Positions 46,874 to 56,084 of a stretch of 64,000 nucleotides of DNA are shown here, piece after piece. Source of the DNA: a virus. Every line of letters begins with the position of its first letter. The stretch's first letter is position 1. The position numbers and the translations under genes were made by a program. A model generated the notes under the pieces. That model ran no database searches and had not been told where the DNA came from. It saw nothing but the letters and a program-made list of their open reading frames with translations. The DNA is taken from IMG/VR virus record IMGVR_UViG_3300021255_000080, one strand, 5' to 3'.

Positions 46874-47946
46874 AGGTATATGCAGCGGGTTTGGAACAGA
46901 GCGCCGTCGAACAGATCGAGACATTGGCAATGCAGTCTGCGTTCGAGGACGCGAAGATCCGCATCATGCCAGACGCCCATGCGGGAGCTGGATGCGTAAT
47001 CGGCTTCACCGCGAACCTTGGAGAGAAGGTCGTGCCGAACTTGGTCGGAGTCGATATCGGTTGCGGGATGCTAACGGTCGTGCTCGGCATCGACGGTGTT
47101 TCTGATTTATCGCGGTTCGATGGGTACGTAAAGAACACCGTCCCGGCAGGATTCAACGTGCATGAGTCCGAAATGTGCGACATAACCCAGCTCGGTCTTC
47201 TGTGCGAGTCGGAGCTGGATAAGATCAAATGGCTCAACAGGTCGCTCGGAACCCTCGGTGGCGGAAACCACTTCATCGAGCTTGATGTTGGTGGCTCCAA
47301 CCATTATCTCGTCATTCACAGCGGGTCGCGTAATCTTGGCTTGCAAGTTGCTCAAATCTACCAGAAGAAGGCAATCGAGTATTGCAAGGCCGAGGTGCCT
47401 AAAGACCTGAAATACCTCGAAGGCGAGCTTGCGCAATCATACCTGCACGACATGCGGATATGCCAGGAATGGGCGAAACGGAACAGGGAAGCGATGGCGC
47501 GTGCGCTGGTTTCGGGCTACAGCATAGCCGAGAAGTTCCATACCGTGCACAACTACATCGGCGACGATGGAATCATACGCAAGGGAGCCATTAGCGCCAA
47601 GGAGGGCGAGATGGTTCTGATACCGCTGAACATGCGCGACGGATCCATCATCGGATACGGCAAGGGCAACGAGGATTGGAACAACTCCGCTCCTCATGGC
47701 GCAGGCCGTGTGATGAGCAGGTCGAAGGCGAGGAAGACCTTGGACGTTGACACCTTCAAGGCCCAGATGGATGGGATATTCACGACCACAGCCAACGAGG
47801 AGACGATAGACGAGTCTCCGGACGCTTACAAGCCTGCCCAGCAGATAGTCGATTCGCTTGAGCCGACCGTCGAGGTCGTTAAGAAATTGAAGCCCGTCTA
47901 CAACTTCAAGGCGTGTGACGGGAACAGATACAGGAAGGGAAAGTAG
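46864..47946 (+). CDS. rtcB: RtcB-family RNA 3'-phosphate ligase (compact)
   Basis: MPDAHAGAGCVIG, GGGNHFIEL, HNYI, NSAPHGAGR metal/GTP/His motifs. GC content by eye is clearly lower than flanks. Confidence 0.75.
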   Translation: MDLKVYAAGLEQSAVEQIETLAMQSAFEDAKIRIMPDAHAGAGCVIGFTANLGEKVVPNLVGVDIGCGMLTVVLGIDGVSDLSRFDGYVKNTVPAGFNVHESEMCDITQLGLLCESELDKIKWLNRSLGTLGGGNHFIELDVGGSNHYLVIHSGSRNLGLQVAQIYQKKAIEYCKAEVPKDLKYLEGELAQSYLHDMRICQEWAKRNREAMARALVSGYSIAEKFHTVHNYIGDDGIIRKGAISAKEGEMVLIPLNMRDGSIIGYGKGNEDWNNSAPHGAGRVMSRSKARKTLDVDTFKAQMDGIFTTTANEETIDESPDAYKPAQQIVDSLEPTVEVVKKLKPVYNFKACDGNRYRKGK

Positions 47947-48438
47947 ATGCAGCTGAAAGTGAAGCTGTCCGACGGCGCGCCGCTTCCGAAGCACGCCAAA
48001 CCTGGCGATGCCGGATTGGATTTGACCACGCGGGAGACCGTGGAGCTGGCGCCTGGCGAGACGAAGATGGTCGGCACGGGAGTCAGCGTCGAGATACCAG
48101 AATGTTATTTCGGCATGGTGGTTCCGAGGTCGGGACTCGGTTCGCGTGGGGTCACGCTTTCCAACGCCGTTGGAATTATCGATTCCGGTTATCGCGGAGA
48201 GATAAAGGCTCCGCTCCACAACAACCACCCTGCCCACGTTGCCATAATGCACGACGAGCCTCCGCACGAGTTCGTGATGGAGCCTCGGTACAATGTCGAC
48301 GGCATAATGACCGTCGAGCGCGGCGAGAGGGTCTGCCAGCTCATTGTCGTGCCGTACCAGAGCGTCGAGTGCGTAGAGGTCGACGCCCTCGAAGAGTCTG
48401 CTCGCGGCGCCTCCGGGTTCGGATCGAGCGGCTTATGA
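47947..48438 (+). CDS. dut: dUTP diphosphatase
   Basis: AGLDL, PRSGL, GIIDSGYRGEI, RGASGFGSSG motifs. Confidence 0.85.
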   Translation: MQLKVKLSDGAPLPKHAKPGDAGLDLTTRETVELAPGETKMVGTGVSVEIPECYFGMVVPRSGLGSRGVTLSNAVGIIDSGYRGEIKAPLHNNHPAHVAIMHDEPPHEFVMEPRYNVDGIMTVERGERVCQLIVVPYQSVECVEVDALEESARGASGFGSSGL

Positions 48439-48629
48439 GCGATTGGAAGGATTTGATGCCGGAGGGCGACGAGCCGGGGGCTTCGATTGGGGACGCGCTG
48501 ATGGACGTCGGGCTGTTCCTCGGCAAGGTGGTGCTGTTCCTGGTCGCGGTCTCCGTCATCGTGGCCCTCGTCGTCTATTCGTTCTTCAGGGAGCTACTGA
48601 TACTCAACCTGCTGATGGGAGGAATCTGA
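48435..48629 (+). CDS. small membrane protein
   Basis: 64 aa with one TM helix. Confidence 0.35.
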   Translation: MSDWKDLMPEGDEPGASIGDALMDVGLFLGKVVLFLVAVSVIVALVVYSFFRELLILNLLMGGI

Positions 48630-48826
48630 TGGAAGATATGGCGGACAAGCCCGTGTTCAGCCCGGCCAAGTGCGATCTGGGAATACAGATGGCATGCGAG
48701 CAGTTCGACAAGCTGGGGCTGACGATGACGGAGCGGTTCCACGTGGCCTATTCGCTGGCCGTCGCGGCCGCCGCGGGTCTCGGCAAGAGCCTCAAGGAGC
48801 TGGCCGACATGTACAACGAGGAGTAA
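48629..48826 (+). CDS. hypothetical protein
   Basis: 65 aa; last gene of the plus-strand early unit. Confidence 0.4.
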   Translation: MEDMADKPVFSPAKCDLGIQMACEQFDKLGLTMTERFHVAYSLAVAAAAGLGKSLKELADMYNEE

Positions 48827-48857
48827 AAAAAAGCCCCGCATCGGCGGGGCTTTTTTA
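48825..48857. terminator. bidirectional rho-independent terminator (A8-GCCCCGC-atcg-GCGGGGC-T6)
   Basis: Read directly between convergent units. Confidence 0.75.
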
Positions 48858-48911
48858 CTGTCATACGGTCGGGGCGCGGCGGTGAGTGTTTTTAGAACCG
48901 CGCCCCGGCGC

Positions 48912-50141
48912 CTATTCCTCCGCCCTGGCTATCTCGAGCCCGATGCGGTGAGGAATCTCGGTGACGAGGGCGTTTCCCATGCAGAACGCCCTGTGCCCGT
49001 CGCTCATTCCCTCGGTCCAGCCCTTCGGGAAGCACTGAAGCTGGTCCAATTCGTCGGGAACGAGCCTGCGGAGCCTGCCGGAGTCGCCCCTGACCACGTG
49101 CTTGGTGCGGGAAGGCCCCGAGCCGCCCTCTCCGGTGAGGATGGTCCTGGCGGGCTTGTCCAAGTCGTCGGGGAAGGCAACGGGACCCTCCGAGTAGACG
49201 TACTCGTAGCCGTTCCTGGCCGTCCTGGGCTCCTTCTTGGCGCCCTTGAGGTACTCCCAGCGTTCCATGGAATCAGCCGAGAGGAAGAACTGCTCGGGAA
49301 CCTCCGAATCGTGCACCATGACGTCTCTGATGGTGTGCTTGATGCCGTCGTACACGGGATAGTAGTCGTTCGTGAGCACCCTGCACCCCGACATGAGCCC
49401 AGATGCGAGGAACGGGGACTTATCGGTGCCGCCGAACGTGCTCGAGGCGTCGTAGGGGTCGTCGGGTATGGAGAATTCCCTGATTTCGCCCTTGACGGAG
49501 GAGGGGAAGGCGTTCTGAATCGCGCCCATGTCCCCTCCGTCCTCTGCGAGCCTGGCAAAGATGTACACGCGCCTCCTCCGCTGCGGCATGCCGTAGTCGG
49601 CGGCGTTAACGACCTGCCAGGAGACCTCGTAGCCGAGCTGGGCAAAGCAGGTCAGCACGATGGCGAAATCGCGGCCCCTCTGTGCCGTCGGCGACTTGAG
49701 GAGGCGGTCGACGTTCTCCAAGAGCACGTACTTCGGCCTCTTGAGCTCCAACATGCGCTCGATAGACCACCAGAGCACGCCCTTCTTGCCCTCTATGCCC
49801 TTCGCCTGCGCGGCCGGCTTTGCCACGCTGTAATCCTGGCACGGGAAGCCGCCGACGAGCAGGTCGAAGTCGGGAATCTCCCTTTCGCCCGCCTCGTACT
49901 GGCCCAGGACCACGTCTATGTCCTCGTTGACGCACGAGCCCTCTCCGAAGCGCCTCTCGTAGCACTCCCAGGCGAACTGCTTCGCCTTCGTCCCGGGCGG
50001 CTCCCACTGGTTCGCCCAGACCGTCTCGAAATCGCCCGCGGGGGGCATGTAGAAGGCGTCCCCGGGCCTGCCGTAGCCTTCCAGGCCGAGCCGGAACCCG
50101 CCGACGCCGGCGAACATCTCAGCAACGCGAATCATACGCAT
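48912..50141 (-). CDS. DNA (cytosine-5)-methyltransferase
   Basis: Motifs I FAGVGGF, IV GGFPCQDYS, VI ENV, VIII QRRRRVYIF, X GNALV. Confidence 0.85.
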   Translation of the reverse strand: MRMIRVAEMFAGVGGFRLGLEGYGRPGDAFYMPPAGDFETVWANQWEPPGTKAKQFAWECYERRFGEGSCVNEDIDVVLGQYEAGEREIPDFDLLVGGFPCQDYSVAKPAAQAKGIEGKKGVLWWSIERMLELKRPKYVLLENVDRLLKSPTAQRGRDFAIVLTCFAQLGYEVSWQVVNAADYGMPQRRRRVYIFARLAEDGGDMGAIQNAFPSSVKGEIREFSIPDDPYDASSTFGGTDKSPFLASGLMSGCRVLTNDYYPVYDGIKHTIRDVMVHDSEVPEQFFLSADSMERWEYLKGAKKEPRTARNGYEYVYSEGPVAFPDDLDKPARTILTGEGGSGPSRTKHVVRGDSGRLRRLVPDELDQLQCFPKGWTEGMSDGHRAFCMGNALVTEIPHRIGLEIARAEE

Positions 50142-50193
50142 CGCTCCTCTCGTAAACGTATTCAGTTGATGGTATCAGAAAATCGCGGGCAGA

Positions 50194-50823
50194 TCAAATG
50201 CCCTGATGGCGCACGATGCGTCCGAGCTTGCGCCTTCCGTCGGATTCGTGCTCCACGTGGAACGTCCTGGGGGCTTCGAGCCCTATCAGGACGAGCGGCG
50301 CCGTGAGCAGCATGCCCATCGGCCGCAGGAAGCGGATGTACTTCTCGTATGTGCCCACGGCATTGTCGAAGCCACCTGCGACCCTCATATCGTCGGTTGC
50401 GGTGATAATCACGCCGATTTCTGTCTGTATGGCCTTCTCAACGTGGTTAAGTTCGCTTGCAAGCGTCGGTTTGAGCAGGTTCCAGGGCGCGTCGTTGCCG
50501 TGGTTGAACGCCACCTCTATCGACACCACGCCCTTGGCGAAGTCGAGCCTGAATATGCCCTGGTTCTGGGCGTACTCCCTCTCCGCGAATATCTGGGACT
50601 CCGCGTTCCATCCGCGGGCGACGAACTCTTCCTTGAGTAGGGAGTTCACAGTGTAGGAGATGGACTTCTTGCTTCCGAGGCAATGCGCCTCGAAGTGGGC
50701 GATCACGTCTTCGTCTGACACCGATTCGAGAACGTCGCATATCTCCGCCCAGTACGGGCGGTATTCCGCGACGTTCTCTATGAGGTAGTCGCCGTGCCTG
50801 AATCCGTGTACCCTGAAGTCCAT
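50194..50823 (-). CDS. candidate type II restriction endonuclease (BglII/BamHI-like core)
   Basis: IFRLDFAKGVVSIEVAFNHG and IGVIITATDD resemble the BglII/BamHI catalytic strands. Directly upstream of the MTase on the same strand. Confidence 0.4.
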   Translation of the reverse strand: MDFRVHGFRHGDYLIENVAEYRPYWAEICDVLESVSDEDVIAHFEAHCLGSKKSISYTVNSLLKEEFVARGWNAESQIFAEREYAQNQGIFRLDFAKGVVSIEVAFNHGNDAPWNLLKPTLASELNHVEKAIQTEIGVIITATDDMRVAGGFDNAVGTYEKYIRFLRPMGMLLTAPLVLIGLEAPRTFHVEHESDGRRKLGRIVRHQGI

Positions 50824-50827
50824 GGCC

Positions 50828-51052
50828 CTAGTCGATTTCGATCGCGCTGTCGGGGACGCTTCCGTTTGGCACGATGCAGAGCTCGTACCCGCAGGCGTTG
50901 AGTATCATCGCCGCGTTGTCGATTCGCGGCTGGCTGCCGCGCGTCTTGTTGCTTGCGATATAGCTTGGGCCGCGGCCCGTCTTCAGGCTCAGGTTCTCAA
51001 GGCTGATGCCCTCGTTCTTTGCAATAATGTGGACAGCTTCGTAGAAATTCAT
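50828..51052 (-). CDS. XRE-like HTH protein (paralogue 1; controller-protein candidate)
   Basis: GISLENLSLKTGRGPSYIASNKTRGSQPRIDNAAMILNACGYEL. Confidence 0.45.
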   Translation of the reverse strand: MNFYEAVHIIAKNEGISLENLSLKTGRGPSYIASNKTRGSQPRIDNAAMILNACGYELCIVPNGSVPDSAIEID

Positions 51053-51063
51053 GACCACACCGC

Positions 51064-51300
51064 CTATTTGCCCGGATCGATGACGTACGCGTCTTCGGGC
51101 ACGTCGTCCTTCGGGATTGCGCAGAGGGTATAATCGCATACAGCTGCGGTCTTTGATGCCGTGTCGACCTGGGGCAAGCTGCCGCGCGTCCTCGCCTTTG
51201 CTACATACGCTGCCGTATGCCCGAGTCTGAGGCCGAGATGAGTGATGCCGATGCCCTTGCTCTTGCACATCTTCTCGACAATCTTGTAGTAATCCACCAA
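51064..51300 (-). CDS. XRE-like HTH protein (paralogue 2)
   Basis: GIGITHLGLRLGHTAAYVAKARTRGSLPQVDTASKTAAVCDYTL is paralogous to 50828-51052. Confidence 0.45.
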   Translation of the reverse strand: MVDYYKIVEKMCKSKGIGITHLGLRLGHTAAYVAKARTRGSLPQVDTASKTAAVCDYTLCAIPKDDVPEDAYVIDPGK

Positions 51301-51307
51301 ATCACCC

Positions 51308-51583
51308 CTAAAGGCCCTCCTCCGCGGCGTAGTCGGGCCTGCCGTATTCGTCGTGCTCGATGGGGTCGCCGTATTCGGGCCACCCGTCTTCGTCGACGAA
51401 CGGAACGATTTCCTTTTCGGCCGTTCGCTCGCGCCAGAGCCTCCCAGCCGTCATCTTCTCGGTGCGGTACTGCTGCCGCAGGTCGAGCGACGCGTAGAGC
51501 TCCCGCGCTTCCGCTTCGGACCCGAAGGTCCATTCGTCTTTCTCGCTTCCGTCGTTCCAGCCGCGCGTAACCAGGTACTTCAT
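51308..51583 (-). CDS. hypothetical acidic protein
   Basis: MKYLVTRGWNDG... Confidence 0.4.
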   Translation of the reverse strand: MKYLVTRGWNDGSEKDEWTFGSEAEARELYASLDLRQQYRTEKMTAGRLWRERTAEKEIVPFVDEDGWPEYGDPIEHDEYGRPDYAAEEGL

Positions 51584-51661
51584 CGTCTCTCCTTTCCAAG
51601 ATGCGTAGTTCCGATACCAGTCAGGACGCACCCCGGAAGGATGCGTCCAATTCTACCAGAA

Positions 51662-51961
51662 CTATTCGGCGTCGGCCCCGTAGCTCTGGAGGTGTCCGAA
51701 ATGCCCGTCCGCTTCCAACGCTGCGGTGCACCATCCGTCCTTGCCGTAATGGCCGACGATCTGCCGGAAGCTGCGGCACACGTGGTCCATCTCGTCGGAA
51801 TCTTCCGCTATTGATTCGTAGTCGTCGTCGTCGGCCCCGTCCGGGACCGTCCAGATCCACGATTCGTAGGCCCTCTCGTCGTCCAGGTATGCCACGACCT
51901 CGTTCATGCACTTCAGCAGCTCGACCGAGTTCTTCAGGCTGTTTCCCGTGATTGTCGCCAT
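51662..51961 (-). CDS. hypothetical acidic protein
   Basis: 99-aa ORF. Confidence 0.4.
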   Translation of the reverse strand: MATITGNSLKNSVELLKCMNEVVAYLDDERAYESWIWTVPDGADDDDYESIAEDSDEMDHVCRSFRQIVGHYGKDGWCTAALEADGHFGHLQSYGADAE

Positions 51962-51986
51962 GCTCCGCCTCCTTCTACACGCCGCG

Positions 51987-52679
51987 CTACGCCGCGACGA
52001 ACGTCTTGCCGCCGTGGGCCTTCTCGCCCCGCAGCTCTGGGCACCGCCTGAGGACTTCCTTGGTGAAGTTCGACTCGGTCTCCGTGGGGAAGCCCTCCTT
52101 CTCGCAGAACTTCTTGTACGGGGCGTACACCGTCTTGGAGTGCAGGTTCACGAACGCGAGGAAGCCCCTGCCCTTGAAGTACGCGTCCAGGCCGTCCTCG
52201 ATGGTCCTGACGGGGGTCTCCACCGGCTCTGGCTTCGACGGGGCGCCGCCGCGGATCTCGCCCACGGCCATCGCCACCAGCTCCAGGGATTCGTTCGGGT
52301 CGAGCTTCGAGAGGTTGGCGCTGATGTTGTACAGCGCGATCCCGCCGAGCATTATCGAGCACGCCCTGCTCGCCGGGTTGTACACCGGGCACCGCGGACC
52401 GCATTCCCCTCCGTTGAACGGGCAAACGGACTTCGCCTTGTTGATTTCTGCAGCCATGTCTTCCTCCTCTTCCTGGGCCTCTTCGCCCTTCTTGCCTTGC
52501 CATTTCTCCCAGCGCTGGATAATCTTCGGCTCGTCCGGGACGCCGCCCCTGAACCGCTTGGTGATCACCTTGCCGTTCTCCAGGGTGGCCGACCCGATGT
52601 AGGTGCTCGAGCCGTCGACCCTCTCGAGGGTCCCGTTGTCGTTCTTGGCGACTATGCCGCCCCTCTGGTTGCTGCTCAT
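51987..52679 (-). CDS. hypothetical protein with Cys cluster
   Basis: MSSNQRGGIVAKNDNG...CPFNGGECGPRCP. Confidence 0.4.
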   Translation of the reverse strand: MSSNQRGGIVAKNDNGTLERVDGSSTYIGSATLENGKVITKRFRGGVPDEPKIIQRWEKWQGKKGEEAQEEEEDMAAEINKAKSVCPFNGGECGPRCPVYNPASRACSIMLGGIALYNISANLSKLDPNESLELVAMAVGEIRGGAPSKPEPVETPVRTIEDGLDAYFKGRGFLAFVNLHSKTVYAPYKKFCEKEGFPTETESNFTKEVLRRCPELRGEKAHGGKTFVAA

Positions 52680-52885
52680 TCTTCCTCCTCCACTTCGATT
52701 ACCAGGCCTTCCTCGTTCGCGTAGACGTAGGTCACGTCCATGTCGGCCCATTTCTGCCCGTAGAACGGCATGACCCAGTTCGCCAGGCAGTCGACGTAGA
52801 CGAAGTCGGAGCCGTCCTTGACGCCGACGACCTTCACGGGCCCCTGTATGCCGCCGATTTGCTCCAGCATGTCGTTAATCGTCAT
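52676..52885 (-). CDS. hypothetical protein
   Basis: 69 aa. Confidence 0.35.
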   Translation of the reverse strand: MTINDMLEQIGGIQGPVKVVGVKDGSDFVYVDCLANWVMPFYGQKWADMDVTYVYANEEGLVIEVEEEE

Positions 52886-52918
52886 TGAAAACCCCTTCCA
52901 CCAGCATGCGCATCGCCA

Positions 52919-53107
52919 TTACAGCCACCTCTCCGGCATTCCCTTAGCCCTGCATTCCCCGACTTCCCATTCCGGCGCCACGTGGGCCGAGAACCAGTCG
53001 CATCCCGAGAACTCCTCCGACACCCGGACGTAATCATCTGCCCAGACGATGTTGGCGCAGGCGGGGGAGTCCTCTCGCTCCCTGTAGCTGACCTTGTAAG
53101 CTGGCAT
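52919..53107 (-). CDS. hypothetical protein
   Basis: 62 aa. Confidence 0.3.
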   Translation of the reverse strand: MPAYKVSYREREDSPACANIVWADDYVRVSEEFSGCDWFSAHVAPEWEVGECRAKGMPERWL

Positions 53108-53116
53108 GCTTCCTCC

Positions 53117-53350
53117 TTATAGATCGACTCCGAACCTTTCCCTCAACGCCCTCCTGGCTATCGAGGGCATGTCTCCCTCCTCGTAGCGGACGTCGAAGAG
53201 CATCCTCCGCTCGCAGGGGAAGTCGCTTTCGACGTCGAGGACCAGAAGCGTCCCGTTCCCGTAATCGGACGGGTGCTCCTCCGCGTGGGCATGGACCCTG
53301 AACTTCCCGCAATCGTTCTCGAACTCGAACATCTCCCTGTAATCGACCAT
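53117..53350 (-). CDS. hypothetical protein
   Basis: MVDYREMFEFENDCGKF... Confidence 0.35.
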   Translation of the reverse strand: MVDYREMFEFENDCGKFRVHAHAEEHPSDYGNGTLLVLDVESDFPCERRMLFDVRYEEGDMPSIARRALRERFGVDL

Positions 53351-53358
53351 GTTTCCCC

Positions 53359-53634
53359 CTATCCCATGTACCCGTATCCGCCGCCGGTCGGGCGGTCCAT
53401 CCATATATTGTTTTCCCACCTTTCATCGCTGTTCGGCCAATCAAGATTTGCGAACGCCCTCGGGAACAGCCGGCGGGCCTCCGCCCTGGTGACGGCGCTC
53501 CAGTGGTAGTTCCTGCCGTCCCACGGCTCGTCATCGACTTTCCTGTCGCGCTCCTCCCTGGTGGCGAACCTGAAGAGGGCGTCTCCGATGCTCATGGTCC
53601 TGGTGCCGTACGGGTGGTAGATCGCGTAGAACAT
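53359..53634 (-). CDS. hypothetical protein
   Basis: 91 aa. Confidence 0.4.
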   Translation of the reverse strand: MFYAIYHPYGTRTMSIGDALFRFATREERDRKVDDEPWDGRNYHWSAVTRAEARRLFPRAFANLDWPNSDERWENNIWMDRPTGGGYGYMG

Positions 53635-53646
53635 GTCTCCTCCTTC

Positions 53647-54276
53647 CTAGGCCATCGCGCGCTTCCGCTTGAAGAGGAAGAGGCGCCGTTTCCAGCGCCT
53701 CGTCCTGCGTGCCTTCTTCCTCCTTTCCTGCCGCCCGATCCTCTCGAGCCGCTCCTCCCACAAATCGGGGAAGTCCTCCACCCACCTGTCGACTTCGTCG
53801 AGGAAGTATTCGGAGAACAAGTCGTCGGAGGAGGCTTCCATCCACCATTGGAAGTCGGCCTGGATGCACCTGGCGTACTCGTCGCAGACGAACTGCATCT
53901 GCTCCAAGACGGCGTCCTCGAAGTGGGAGGGCAGGGGATAGCCGACCCTCTCCGCGCCTTCCTGGTAGCGCTCCAGCTTCGACAGGGCGTCCTCTACCGT
54001 GGAGGGGTAGCCGAAGACGGACTTCCTGACCGCCTCGGCCATGTCCCCGCAGTACGCGGTGGATTGCCTGGGCCTGGCGTAGACGTTGTCCCAGGAATCC
54101 ACCTCGAAGCGGATGACGTCCTTGAGTTCGTCCATCTGCTCGGCGGCGAAGTCGGAATCCGATTCCCTCAGCCACTCCCTGATGTTCTCCTCGATGCCGG
54201 GCTCCGAATCGTAGATTTCCCTGAGCTCGGATACGGTCAGCTCGCCGAGGTAGCCGCTCTCGTAGGTCTCTTTCAT
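53647..54276 (-). CDS. hypothetical acidic protein with polybasic C-terminus (RRKKARRTRRWKRRLFLFKRKR)
   Basis: 209 aa. Confidence 0.4.
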   Translation of the reverse strand: MKETYESGYLGELTVSELREIYDSEPGIEENIREWLRESDSDFAAEQMDELKDVIRFEVDSWDNVYARPRQSTAYCGDMAEAVRKSVFGYPSTVEDALSKLERYQEGAERVGYPLPSHFEDAVLEQMQFVCDEYARCIQADFQWWMEASSDDLFSEYFLDEVDRWVEDFPDLWEERLERIGRQERRKKARRTRRWKRRLFLFKRKRAMA

Positions 54277-54285
54277 GCCTCCTCC

Positions 54286-54573
54286 TTAATCGTCGTGAAC
54301 GTCCTGGTAGACGGACACCGTCCGCTGCACCGGCGTGTACTCCTGCTTGACGTCGGCGAACGTGCCGCAGTCATCGCAGTAGAAGCGCTCGGTGCGGTAG
54401 AAGCGCCCGCCTTTCGAGTACGTCTCGTACGGGTAGTCCCCGTTGTCCACCTTCCACATCTGCCCCTTGCAGCCGGGGCAGGGAAGGCGGTCGATTGACG
54501 ACAGCCTCCTCACGCCGTTCACGATGGCGTCTATGGCGGGCGTGGTGCTCCTCTTCTCGACGTGGTAGCTCAT
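54286..54573 (-). CDS. zinc-ribbon protein
   Basis: CPGCKG...CDDCG. Confidence 0.4.
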   Translation of the reverse strand: MSYHVEKRSTTPAIDAIVNGVRRLSSIDRLPCPGCKGQMWKVDNGDYPYETYSKGGRFYRTERFYCDDCGTFADVKQEYTPVQRTVSVYQDVHDD

Positions 54574-54600
54574 GCCTTCTCCTCTCCGGGGGACATGGGG

Positions 54601-54638
54601 CCTACCCGTATGGGCGACTCTAGCCCCATACGGGTAGG
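54601..54638. other. perfect 14-bp inverted repeat hairpin (CCTACCCGTATGGG-n9-CCCATACGGGTAGG)
   Basis: Read directly in the 84-nt gap between two minus-strand genes. Confidence 0.7.
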
Positions 54639-54657
54639 CCACTACCCCCCTATAACC

Positions 54658-55014
54658 TTATATAAGGGGCTTATGGGGTGGTTCTCCGTACAAGGCGTCG
54701 GCCGCCACTTGCAGCAGCCTCTTCGCTTCCTCCCTGTCCCTTGCGGGGAACCTCGATATGACGTCCTCGCACCACAGGGAATCGGTCTCGTAGCACAGCT
54801 TCACCTCGCACTGGAAGCGGTAGCCGTGGGCGAACAGGACGCGCTCCTGGTCGTCGGCCTGGTAGGACGTGTCGTACCCCTTGAACTTCACGAACGGGTC
54901 GCCGTAGTCGAGGCGCCCGTCCTCCACAATGTCGGAGGGCCAGCCTTCCGGCCAGCCCCCCTCCGCTTCGAAGTCATCTCCCCATCCCGACGGGATGAAC
55001 TCCAGCTTCTCCAT
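54658..55014 (-). CDS. hypothetical protein
   Basis: MEKLEFIPSGWGDDFEAEGGWPEGW... Confidence 0.4.
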   Translation of the reverse strand: MEKLEFIPSGWGDDFEAEGGWPEGWPSDIVEDGRLDYGDPFVKFKGYDTSYQADDQERVLFAHGYRFQCEVKLCYETDSLWCEDVISRFPARDREEAKRLLQVAADALYGEPPHKPLI

Positions 55015-55028
55015 ATGCCCTCCTTTCC

Positions 55029-55466
55029 CTAGCCGGCCGTCGGCACGTTCTCCACCAGGCTCCAGACCTGCCGGGACAGCTTCCCGCAGTCCTCGCATCG
55101 GAACCAGTAGATCCTCGGCGCCTCGTAGTCGTCGGACTCCTCGAGCACCAATCCGCCGCTGGAACCGCAGTGGGGGCACGTGTTCTCGTCGTATTCGGGG
55201 CCAGTGACGTGCGTTTCCCAGTAGGCCATCGCCCTTCCGATGTCCTGGAAGTAATGCCCCCAGTCCCACGAGTACTCCTTGACGAGGCGCTCGGAAGCTG
55301 GGAAGTCACCGAATGTGATCCTGGCGCAGGGGGTCTCGGTGAAGTACGACCCGATGACGTACTCGATGCGGCCGTTCTCCATCTCGTGCAGGAGCAGCAT
55401 CCGCAGGTTGCCGTCCTGGTCGTGCGTCGCCAGGACCTTGGTGTTCTCGCTGTTGTACCCGCTCAT
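55029..55466 (-). CDS. hypothetical protein with C-terminal zinc ribbon
   Basis: CPHCG...CEDCG. Confidence 0.4.
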   Translation of the reverse strand: MSGYNSENTKVLATHDQDGNLRMLLLHEMENGRIEYVIGSYFTETPCARITFGDFPASERLVKEYSWDWGHYFQDIGRAMAYWETHVTGPEYDENTCPHCGSSGGLVLEESDDYEAPRIYWFRCEDCGKLSRQVWSLVENVPTAG

Positions 55467-55657
55467 TCCTCGCCCCTCTCGACGATTCCCTTGATCGTGT
55501 ACTCGTAGACCTCCACGAACCTGCACCCGCATTCCTCGCAGGCGAAGAAGGCCAGGATGTTCTCTCCCGGATTTCCTCCCATCAGGTTCGTCGCCCTCAC
55601 CTCGTAGCTACCGCATTCGGCGCAGGCTCCCTGCTCCATGTGCTTCGGATACGCCAT
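55463..55657 (-). CDS. zinc-ribbon mini-protein
   Basis: CAECG...CEECG. Confidence 0.4.
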   Translation of the reverse strand: MAYPKHMEQGACAECGSYEVRATNLMGGNPGENILAFFACEECGCRFVEVYEYTIKGIVERGEE

Positions 55658-55836
55658 CACTTCTCCTTCCTCTCGATTGCCTCCTCGACCCTGTCCATGA
55701 ACTCGCAGATGGGGCACCTGCCGCCGGCCGGCGCGTCGTCGAACACGCATCCCTTGAAGCATTGCTCGTCGCATCCCATGAGCTCTCCCAGCCAGCTGAA
55801 CATCGACTCCATCTCGCGCCTATCGCAGGCCCTCAT
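55657..55836 (-). CDS. Cys-rich mini-protein
   Basis: MRACDRREMESMFSWLGELMGCDEQCFKGCVF...CPIC. Confidence 0.3.
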   Translation of the reverse strand: MRACDRREMESMFSWLGELMGCDEQCFKGCVFDDAPAGGRCPICEFMDRVEEAIERKEK

Positions 55837-56042
55837 CTCGAGCTCCTCTCGTACAGGTCCAGGAAGTACCTGATGACCTCCGCCTTGTCTCCCGTCTGGA
55901 AAACCACCCGCGCCTTCTCGGTGGGGGAGTCGGGCAAGAGCCTGACCTGCCAGAACTCGTGCAGCGAATCCCTGGCCTTCCTGGCGTCGTACCTGTTGCA
56001 GATTACGAGGTCGCCCTCGTCGTAGATTGTCCACTCGCTCAT
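55833..56042 (-). CDS. hypothetical protein
   Basis: 69 aa. Confidence 0.4.
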   Translation of the reverse strand: MSEWTIYDEGDLVICNRYDARKARDSLHEFWQVRLLPDSPTEKARVVFQTGDKAEVIRYFLDLYERSSR

Positions 56043-56084
56043 TCCTCCTCCTTTCCGTGGCGTTGTCGGCCTTAAACGCCACAG

